64,000 nucleotides of DNA. It comes from a virus. The translations under genes were made by a program, and so were the position numbers. The number at the start of each line of letters is the position of its first letter. Within the stretch, counting starts at the first letter, position 1. The notes under the pieces are model-generated. The model was not told the origin of the DNA and searched no databases. It was given only the letters and a program-made list of their open reading frames with translations. Positions 1-4,781 of this stretch are shown here, piece by piece. The DNA is taken from positions 1-64,000 of IMG/VR virus record IMGVR_UViG_3300028569_000020. One strand, 5' to 3'.

Positions 1-99
1 GAAGGTATCTTTCAGAAGAAATTCGAATGGTTTGTAAACCTTCGTACTTCTGGCGGTATTGATACTGTGCCTTTCTTCAGTTCTATGCGTCTGGCATAA
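1..99 (+). CDS. 3' end of a hypothetical phage protein (partial): EGIFQKKFEWFVNLRTSGGIDTVPFFSSMRLA*
   Basis: Open frame from base 1 to TAA at 97-99, followed directly by a terminator hairpin. Confidence 0.7.
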   Translation, partial: EGIFQKKFEWFVNLRTSGGIDTVPFFSSMRLA

Positions 100-107
100 C
101 TTAAATT

Positions 108-145
108 CTGAAGATTCTAAGTTTTTTTAGAATCTTCAGTTTTTT
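108..145 (+). terminator. Intrinsic terminator
   Basis: 13-bp perfect stem CTGAAGATTCTAA (108-120) / TTAGAATCTTCAG (127-139) followed by a T run. Confidence 0.75.
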
Positions 146-188
146 AAATATCTTCAACTTCTTAAAAACTACAACTTTTAAGTTTTAA

Positions 189-252
189 AGAAAAAAAGGG
201 TTTTTAGAAAAAAAGGTTTTTTAGTTTTATTTATAATTATAAATTTAAATTT
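189..252. repeat. AT-rich tract with a 17-bp tandem repeat and AT palindromes
   Basis: AGAAAAAAAGGGTTTTT (189-205) / AGAAAAAAAGGTTTTTT (206-222); perfect palindrome ATTTATAATTATAAAT at 229-244, containing TATAAT. Confidence 0.7.
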
Positions 253-269
253 CTCATTTAACTAAACAA

Positions 270-416
270 ATGAATTTTGAATCAGAGATCAAGGAGCTAG
301 ACTATCAAGCAACAGAGGATATCTTCTTAGAAGAAGATCTCAATGAATATGATGATTCATCAACTGCTTATTATAATCAGTTAATAAGTGAATGTATATT
401 ACCTATTACTAGGTAA
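270..416 (+). CDS. Small acidic hypothetical protein, 48 aa (MNFESEIKELDYQATEDIFLEEDLNEYDD...)
   Basis: Translated by hand; A/C-rich leader (ACTAAACAA) before the ATG; below the ORF-track size cut-off. Confidence 0.65.
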   Translation: MNFESEIKELDYQATEDIFLEEDLNEYDDSSTAYYNQLISECILPITR

Positions 417-461
417 TACTTAATTCATTCAACAAACCAACTTTCATTCAACAAACAAATC

Positions 462-614
462 ATGGCTTCATTATCTGCTTCAATCATTCTCAATCTATTA
501 GATAAGGCAACTACTTCGAGAGAAGTAGTTACTATTCTAGATACTCTAGAGTATCACTTAGGTGACACTACTGAGAGTATCACTCAACCTAACCTAGAAT
601 CTATACAATTCTAG
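462..614 (+). CDS. Small hypothetical protein, 50 aa (MASLSASIILNLLDKATTSREVVTILDTLE...)
   Basis: Translated by hand; leader carries a duplicated TTCATTCAACAAAC (424-437, 443-456). Confidence 0.65.
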   Translation: MASLSASIILNLLDKATTSREVVTILDTLEYHLGDTTESITQPNLESIQF

Positions 615-621
615 GTTGAGT

Positions 622-701
622 GTGCCAGTCTGTAGACTGTCTACTATTCAACCATTCTCCCCCCTCAGGGGTTATGCTTAGCAAGTCAACCAAACAAAGC
701 A
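622..701 (+). promoter_or_regulatory. Early promoter unit 0
   Basis: Imperfect palindrome GTGCCAGTCTGTAGACTGTCTAC at 622-644, -10-like TATGCT at 673-678, A/C-rich leader. Confidence 0.55.
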
Positions 702-827
702 ATGCCCGACACGCTCAACTTCACTGGTGACACTATCACCTATCTAGGTTTCATAGGTGTCACTTCAACCCTGATCATTCTGGTTTCAGTGTTTCGTTCC
801 TTCTACAACTCACCACTGAACAAATAA
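702..827 (+). CDS. Small single-pass membrane protein, 41 aa (MPDTLNFTGDTITYLGFIGVTSTLIILVSVFRSFYNSPLNK)
   Basis: Translated by hand; one hydrophobic segment; lies directly after promoter unit 0. Confidence 0.7.
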   Translation: MPDTLNFTGDTITYLGFIGVTSTLIILVSVFRSFYNSPLNK

Positions 828-985
828 TGAATTGCCCTGATAATGAAACCTTTGAATTAGCAATCAAGTTACACAACAAACTTCGATATCTTTCAGGAGG
901 TAATGAGAATGATCAGGATTTAGTTTCTCTTCTAGATTGTCTTATTCAAGATCAAAGAATCAACCTTATCACTCAAACAAAATGA
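827..985 (+). CDS. Small hypothetical protein, 52 aa (MNCPDNETFELAIKLHNKLRYLSGG...)
   Basis: TAATG overlap with the previous gene and ATGA overlap with the next (translational coupling). Confidence 0.65.
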   Translation: MNCPDNETFELAIKLHNKLRYLSGGNENDQDLVSLLDCLIQDQRINLITQTK

Positions 986-1410
986 CTCAAACTGTTTACA
1001 CTGACGCCATTATTATTGACACTTTGTGTCAGGCAACTCGTGATTACTTAGAGGAGAATTGTGAGGAGGGTAGTTATGCTTTAGATGATGCTCTAGAGTT
1101 TATAGCAACTCATGGCGAAGAAAATCTAGTTAACTACTATGATGATTATATCATTATGGCAGAGAAGATTGGTTACGATGTTGTTGATGCCTTTATAAGT
1201 ATCAACGATATTAGTAATGTTAACTACGCTCAAGATTCCTTTGTTGGTTGTTACTCTAGCGGTGCTGCTTTCGCTGAAAAATATTACTGGCACAATGAAA
1301 CTCATCCTGTGCCAAGTTATATAATTGTTGATTGGGAGGCAACATGGGAGAGCAACATGCGATATGATTTTGATTATATAAACGGTTACGTGTTTGATAG
1401 TAACTGGTAG
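982..1410 (+). CDS. ArdA-like antirestriction (DNA mimic) protein; start revised to ATG 982
   Basis: Acidic, Tyr-rich protein; C-terminal FVGCYSSGAAFAEKYY...VPSYIIVDWEATWE resembles the ArdA C-terminal signature. Confidence 0.55.
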   Translation: MTQTVYTDAIIIDTLCQATRDYLEENCEEGSYALDDALEFIATHGEENLVNYYDDYIIMAEKIGYDVVDAFISINDISNVNYAQDSFVGCYSSGAAFAEKYYWHNETHPVPSYIIVDWEATWESNMRYDFDYINGYVFDSNW

Positions 1411-1473
1411 TTACTAAGTAACATTTAGCAAGGGGCGGCAGCGGCCGCTCCTCTCTCCCTTCCCTCCCCTCCC

Positions 1474-1507
1474 GCCCTCTAGGTTACAGACCCTAGAGGG
1501 CATTTTG
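1474..1507 (+). terminator. Intrinsic terminator-like hairpin
   Basis: GCCCTCTAGG-N8-CCTAGAGGGC followed by ATTTTG. Confidence 0.65.
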
Positions 1508-1515
1508 TTGATTTA

Positions 1516-1600
1516 GTAGACAGTTGCTACGCTGTCTACCTTTACCCCATAGATCCGCTGCTGACCCTGTATAATTAAAGAGTAAACAAGGGAAACCAAA
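1516..1600 (+). promoter_or_regulatory. Early promoter unit A
   Basis: Perfect inverted repeat GTAGACAG-N8-CTGTCTAC at 1516-1539; TATAAT at 1570-1575; leader with AAGGGAAACC. Confidence 0.8.
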
Positions 1601-1744
1601 ATGTGGGATGAGATCCAAGACTGTGCAGGCGAGATTTTTGATTTCGATCAGTGGATCGATGAGATCGCCTCAGATCCCGAGTTCATCGCTCAGGTTGAGG
1701 CATCCAACGCCCAGTTTGACCTGGAGGTGGCACAGTTGCCCTAG
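1601..1744 (+). CDS. Acidic microprotein, 47 aa (MWDEIQDCAGEIFDFDQWIDEIASDPEFIAQVEASNAQFDLEVAQLP)
   Basis: ATG directly after the unit A leader; not in the ORF track. Confidence 0.75.
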   Translation: MWDEIQDCAGEIFDFDQWIDEIASDPEFIAQVEASNAQFDLEVAQLP

Positions 1745-1814
1745 TGGCACAGTCAGGGGCAATGGATGCCCCTCTGACCCTGTAGAATTAAAACAACAAA
1801 CAACCAGAGACCAA
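1729..1814 (+). promoter_or_regulatory. Early promoter unit B
   Basis: Half-site GTGGCAC ending at 1750; hairpin GGGGCA-atgga-TGCCCC at 1756-1772; TAGAAT at 1783-1788. Confidence 0.75.
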
Positions 1815-1979
1815 ATGACTCGCCTCCTTGCCTATCTGCTGATCTCAGGAATCACTCTCGGGGTTTCCCTCTCGGCAGTTAATAGCACCAACCAAATGAT
1901 TAAGGTATTAAACCAGAGGCAAACCGCCCAGTGTGACAGTCTAAACGCTGTCACTCCTGGCAGTTGCGTTATGCCTTGA
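1815..1979 (+). CDS. Microprotein with an N-terminal hydrophobic/signal segment, 54 aa (MTRLLAYLLISGITLGVSLSAVNS...)
   Basis: Start revised from 1608 to the ATG following the unit B leader. Confidence 0.65.
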   Translation: MTRLLAYLLISGITLGVSLSAVNSTNQMIKVLNQRQTAQCDSLNAVTPGSCVMP

Positions 1980-2016
1980 CCCTGTAGAATTAAAACAACC
2001 AAACAAAGGAAACCAA
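1933..2016 (+). promoter_or_regulatory. Early promoter unit C
   Basis: Perfect inverted repeat GTGACAG-N8-CTGTCAC at 1933-1954; TAGAAT at 1985-1990; AAAGGAAACC leader. Confidence 0.8.
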
Positions 2017-2181
2017 ATGACCCGCCTCTTGACCGTTCGCTGCCCCTCTGCTCCTTGGGAGAATGACACTGTGCCCGCTGATCAGGCATGGGATCTATGC
2101 TACGACCTCTCAATTGAATTTGGTTGCGCTCGCATCCTAGACGGTGAGCAGATCATCGGTGAATATCTAGACGGTCGCTAG
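2017..2181 (+). CDS. Microprotein, 54 aa (MTRLLTVRCPSAPWENDTVPADQAWDLCYDLSIEFGCARILDGEQIIGEYLDGR)
   Basis: Translated by hand; not in the ORF track. Confidence 0.75.
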   Translation: MTRLLTVRCPSAPWENDTVPADQAWDLCYDLSIEFGCARILDGEQIIGEYLDGR

Positions 2182-2252
2182 ACTGTCACACACAGGGGCA
2201 GAGGATGCCCCTCTACCATGCTACAATTAAACCACAAACAAAGGGAAACCAA
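2168..2252 (+). promoter_or_regulatory. Early promoter unit D
   Basis: TAGACGG-N8-CTGTCAC at 2168-2189; hairpin AGGGGCA-gagga-TGCCCCT at 2194-2212; extended -10 TGcTACAAT (hexamer 2222-2227). Confidence 0.8.
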
Positions 2253-2498
2253 ATGGCAACCGCAACGATGACCGAGACCGAGACCTTCAACGGTTGGGCA
2301 AACTGGGCAACTTGGAATGTAGCATTGTGGTTACAGAATGATGAGGCAATGTATAAGGTTGCTAGGCAATATGATCGCTACGATGCACTCATCCCACGCC
2401 TTGAGTATGCCTTCGGTCAGATGACCCCAGACGGTGCCCGTTGGATGGATCCAACTATAGATACCGATGAGTTGGATGAGATGCTCACCGATATGTAG
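2253..2498 (+). CDS. Conserved-type phage hypothetical protein with an (F/Y)NGWxNxxTWNVxLW motif, 81 aa
   Basis: FNGWANWATWNVALWLQNDE motif; start revised to the ATG after the unit D leader. Confidence 0.8.
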   Translation: MATATMTETETFNGWANWATWNVALWLQNDEAMYKVARQYDRYDALIPRLEYAFGQMTPDGARWMDPTIDTDELDEMLTDM

Positions 2499-2555
2499 AT
2501 TATACTCTAGAGGGGCATTGCTGCCCCTCTCACTGTTAACCACTGCCCTCACTAA

Positions 2556-2711
2556 ATGAGATTTAGAAAACGCAAGATCGCCTTAGCTATCATCGGTTTC
2601 ATGATGTTTGGGCCTGGCGTGTTAACCGTCCTAGCACTGATCAAATATCTAGATCGTTTTGATGTGCCTGCAGGCGGACTGTCACCAGATGACCCCAACC
2701 TCTCCCTCTGA
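2556..2711 (+). CDS. Small membrane protein, 51 aa (MRFRKRKIALAIIGFMMFGPGVLTVLALIKYLDRF...)
   Basis: Basic N-terminus followed by a hydrophobic stretch; preceded by hairpin AGAGGGGCA-ttgc-TGCCCCTCT at 2509-2530 (decayed unit or terminator). Confidence 0.55.
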   Translation: MRFRKRKIALAIIGFMMFGPGVLTVLALIKYLDRFDVPAGGLSPDDPNLSL

Positions 2712-2745
2712 CCCTGTAGAATTAAACCACAAACAACCAGAGACC
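2664..2745 (+). promoter_or_regulatory. Early promoter unit E
   Basis: GTGCCTG-N8-CTGTCAC at 2664-2685; CCTCTGACCCTGTAGAATTAAACCACAAACAACCAGAGACC. Confidence 0.8.
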
Positions 2746-2946
2746 ATGCTTCCAATCAACTCTAAGTTCAGTGCCTGCGCTCGTAAGGTTACAGGCAACC
2801 CCTTAAGGGGCACTGTGGGGGTGACCTTTACTAGCAGCGATAAAGTTTATCGCTTCACTGGGGTTTCCCGCCGTGCCATTCTAGGCGCTGTCATTCTCCC
2901 CCCCGCTAGTGTAGGCAAGTGGATCAATCGCCACTGTTTCGCCTGA
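2746..2946 (+). CDS. Microprotein, possibly KTSC-domain-like, 66 aa
   Basis: VTF...VYRFTGVSRRAIL...SVGKWINRH resembles the KTSC pattern; start revised. Confidence 0.65.
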   Translation: MLPINSKFSACARKVTGNPLRGTVGVTFTSSDKVYRFTGVSRRAILGAVILPPASVGKWINRHCFA

Positions 2947-2993
2947 GGGGCACGGTTGCCATGCTACAATTAAACAACAAACAACCCCAGACC
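2919..2993 (+). promoter_or_regulatory. Early promoter unit F
   Basis: Extended -10 TGcTACAAT (2965-2970); short hairpin GGCA-cggt-TGCC; leader TAAACAACAAACAACCCCAGACC. Confidence 0.7.
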
Positions 2994-3170
2994 ATGCCAA
3001 ACGTTTCCCGCTCCTACCGTGCCAAAACAACCTCATCCTATGCCCTACATCGCCGCTGGATTGAGCAGGATATGGATCAGCAGGATGCCGATATAATGAG
3101 AGTATATGATCGGGCACAATACTATGCCGAGCAGGACGGTTGCCACACTGGCACAGACAGCGATGCCTAG
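2994..3170 (+). CDS. Microprotein, 58 aa (MPNVSRSYRAKTTSSYALHRRWIEQD...)
   Basis: Start revised to the ATG after the unit F leader. Confidence 0.65.
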   Translation: MPNVSRSYRAKTTSSYALHRRWIEQDMDQQDADIMRVYDRAQYYAEQDGCHTGTDSDA

Positions 3171-3215
3171 TCGCTGCTGACCGTCTAGAATTAAAACAAC
3201 AAAGCAACCCAACCA
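3133..3215 (+). promoter_or_regulatory. Early promoter unit G
   Basis: Half-site CTGGCAC at 3148-3154; hairpin CAGCGA-tgcctag-TCGCTG at 3158-3176; TAGAAT at 3186-3191. Confidence 0.75.
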
Positions 3216-3395
3216 ATGCAAATCGAAGTTCGCTACCAGACTCCTTACCCCGCCGCTGGATTGACTGAGGAGTGGCGCTCACAATTCTTTTCCACCCTGC
3301 CTGAGGCAGAGCGGATGGTCAAGTTCTACAAATCCTGTGGATCACCTGCCCACATTGCCCCTAGCAGTTTGGCACAATTCGCCCACCTCGCCTAG
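3216..3395 (+). CDS. Microprotein, 59 aa (MQIEVRYQTPYPAAGLTEEWRSQFFSTLPEAERMVKFYKSCGSPAHIA...)
   Basis: Translated by hand; not in the ORF track. Confidence 0.75.
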   Translation: MQIEVRYQTPYPAAGLTEEWRSQFFSTLPEAERMVKFYKSCGSPAHIAPSSLAQFAHLA

Positions 3396-3462
3396 TGGCA
3401 CAAGCGAGGGGCACCCCGCCCCTCTGACCGTCTAGAATTAAAACAACAAACAACCAGAGACC
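3380..3462 (+). promoter_or_regulatory. Early promoter unit H
   Basis: GTGGCAC at 3395-3401; hairpin GAGGGGC-acccc-GCCCCTC at 3406-3424; TAGAAT at 3433-3438. Confidence 0.8.
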
Positions 3463-3687
3463 ATGATCACCGAAAACGACCTTCTCCAAGCTTGGGCCGA
3501 TGCCACCGCTCACCTGACCCCAGAGGAGCGGGAGGCCGTAGGCAAGGCAACCCCAGAGCAATGGATGGCAGCAATGGCAGGATGCGTTAACGATCCCGAT
3601 TTCTGGCAGAGAATGGGCGCTGCCTTTATCGAGGGAGTGGCGAAGGGGTTCGCTGATTGGGCAGCTGATTGGGCAGCGAACAGGTAA
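3463..3687 (+). CDS. Ala/Trp-rich helical microprotein, 74 aa
   Basis: ORF track; ATG directly after the unit H leader. Confidence 0.75.
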   Translation: MITENDLLQAWADATAHLTPEEREAVGKATPEQWMAAMAGCVNDPDFWQRMGAAFIEGVAKGFADWAADWAANR

Positions 3688-3756
3688 GGCACTGGCACAC
3701 TGGGGCCAAATGCCCCCTCTGACCCTGTAGACTAACCAAGTAAACAAACAAACCAA
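3677..3756 (+). promoter_or_regulatory. Early promoter unit I
   Basis: CTGGCAC at 3692-3698; hairpin GGGGC-caaat-GCCCC at 3702-3716; TAGACT at 3728-3733. Confidence 0.7.
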
Positions 3757-3960
3757 ATGATCACAACCAATTTCTCAGATCTGACCGCCAACGAGGCAAG
3801 GCAGGCAATCTACAATCTCACCTGCATCTATAGTTGGGAGACCATTGGCAGCGAGATGATCAGCCGCATGAGTGGCGATGAGGCCCGCTCCTTTGTTGAA
3901 GATTTCACCAACCTCTACACCTGCGATATAGATGAGGATGATGATGAGGGTGCCAATTAA
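3757..3960 (+). CDS. Microprotein with an acidic tail, 67 aa
   Basis: ORF track; follows unit I. Confidence 0.75.
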   Translation: MITTNFSDLTANEARQAIYNLTCIYSWETIGSEMISRMSGDEARSFVEDFTNLYTCDIDEDDDEGAN

Positions 3961-4036
3961 GGCACTGGCACAATCGGGGGCAGAGGTTGCCCCTTGACCG
4001 TCTAGAATTAAACCACAAACAAAGGAGAGATCCCAA
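3950..4036 (+). promoter_or_regulatory. Early promoter unit J
   Basis: GTGCCAA-N8-CTGGCAC at 3950-3971; hairpin GGGGCA-gaggt-TGCCCC at 3977-3993; TAGAAT at 4003-4008; SD AAGGAG. Confidence 0.8.
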
Positions 4037-4207
4037 ATGACCCGCTTCACTTCCAACCCTTACGAGCAGCAGATCCTCGCTAAGGGTCGCGACCTGCCCA
4101 CCGCTGCTGCTCCTGCACAGCAATTCCCTAAGACCATCTACGGTCGCACCTTTGAGACTAAGGCAGACTACGATGAGGCAATCGCTGATTTCCTAAACGG
4201 AAACTAG
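4037..4207 (+). CDS. Microprotein, 56 aa (MTRFTSNPYEQQILAKGRDLPTAAAPAQQFPKTIYGRTFETKADYDEAIADFLNGN)
   Basis: Translated by hand; not in the ORF track. Confidence 0.75.
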   Translation: MTRFTSNPYEQQILAKGRDLPTAAAPAQQFPKTIYGRTFETKADYDEAIADFLNGN

Positions 4208-4247
4208 GGGCACCCCTACGGGGGGGCACCCCTACGGGGGGGCGGGG
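4207..4247. repeat. G/C-rich 16-bp tandem repeat (CACCCCTACGGGGGGG x2)
   Basis: GGGG-CACCCCTACGGGGGGG-CACCCCTACGGGGGGG-CGGGG; a related CCCCTACGGGGG CCCCCTCGGGGG lies at 4475-4498. Confidence 0.85.
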
Positions 4248-4276
4248 TTGACACCTGCCCCTTTACCCCGTATAAT
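4248..4276 (+). promoter_or_regulatory. Perfect sigma70 consensus promoter (unit K)
   Basis: TTGACA (4248-4253), 17-bp spacer, TATAAT (4271-4276). Confidence 0.9.
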
Positions 4277-4306
4277 TTAAGAGTACCAAACCAAAGTAAC
4301 CCACCA

Positions 4307-4474
4307 ATGACCGCAACCTTCACCATCGCCACCAAGTTCCTAGAGTTGACCACCTTTGAATTGGAGGAGTGGTTATGGGTAGGCACCACCTCCCTGGAAG
4401 AGGAGCGGGCAATCTGTAAGGAACTGGCAACCCGTGCCAAGCGTAGGCAAGCGATGGAAGATTTCCTCTGGTGA
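4307..4474 (+). CDS. Microprotein, 55 aa (MTATFTIATKFLELTTFELEEWLWVGTTSLEEERAICKELATRAKRRQAMEDFLW)
   Basis: Translated by hand; follows unit K. Confidence 0.7.
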   Translation: MTATFTIATKFLELTTFELEEWLWVGTTSLEEERAICKELATRAKRRQAMEDFLW

Positions 4475-4538
4475 CCCCTACGGGGGCCCCCTCGGGGGTA
4501 TGCTACAATTAAACAGTAATCAACCAACCTCAGACCTA
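4475..4538 (+). promoter_or_regulatory. Early promoter unit L
   Basis: G/C palindromes, then extended -10 TGcTACAAT (4504-4509) and an A/C-rich leader. Confidence 0.7.
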
Positions 4539-4745
4539 ATGACCAACCTGCCAATCTCCCCATGCTCAGACCTTGCCACCAGAGAACTCAAGTGGTTGTG
4601 GCAATCTGATCAGTTGAAGAATTACGCTTCCCGCCCCTCTATGTTTATTCACTGGGGTGTGCCTGCCTACATCATCGCCGCCCAGTGTGCTGAGGTTCAC
4701 GCTGATGAGGTGGCACCCTGCCCTATCAGTGGGTGGCGTTACTGA
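4539..4745 (+). CDS. Microprotein, 68 aa (MTNLPISPCSDLATRELKWLWQSDQL...)
   Basis: Start revised from 4434 to the ATG after unit L. Confidence 0.7.
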   Translation: MTNLPISPCSDLATRELKWLWQSDQLKNYASRPSMFIHWGVPAYIIAAQCAEVHADEVAPCPISGWRY

Positions 4746-4762
4746 GGGCGCCGCGACGGTCG

Positions 4763-4781
4763 CTGCCCTTCGGGGCAGTTG
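4763..4781 (+). terminator. cUUCGg tetraloop hairpin closing the array
   Basis: CTGCCC-TTCG-GGGCAG; the U tail is short, so the terminator role is uncertain. Confidence 0.5.

Larger units (their letters stand above)
1516..4745 (+). repeat. Array of repeated promoter cassettes, each followed by one microgene
   Basis: Recurrent core GCCCCTCTGACC(CTG/GTC)TAGAATTAAA(A/C)CA(A/C)...ACCA(AA)TG. The -10 hexamers start at 1570, 1783, 1985, 2222, 2717, 2965, 3186, 3433, 3728, 4003, 4271 and 4504. Confidence 0.9.

Noticed and set aside
1516-1539. NtcA site (GTA-N8-TAC) as the array palindrome
   Set aside because: The spacing does not fit, and other units use GTG..CAC arms centred near -55 rather than -41.5
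1832-4563. Minus-strand ORFs in the array (1832-2113, 2331-2552, 2552-2755, 2881-3282, 3361-3756, 3510-3698, 3775-4056, 3905-4123, 4216-4563)
   Set aside because: Shadow frames of GC-rich DNA; their shared peptides (LILQGQ/LILDGQ) are the reverse complement of the repeat
1516-4745. CRISPR array interpretation of the regularly spaced repeats
   Set aside because: The repeats are degenerate and promoter-like, the intervening sequences are 130-250 bp intact ORFs of unequal length, and no cas gene is present
1516-4745. Classical integron with attC sites
   Set aside because: No integrase in the window, no RYYYAAC/GTTRRRY ends, and each unit has its own promoter
1608-4745. Upstream starts given by the ORF track (1608, 2205, 2659, 2919, 4434; also 937)
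   Set aside because: The extensions merely translate the promoter repeat (PSDPVEL.., MLQLN..) or overlap a better ORF; the ATG after each A/C-rich leader is more credible
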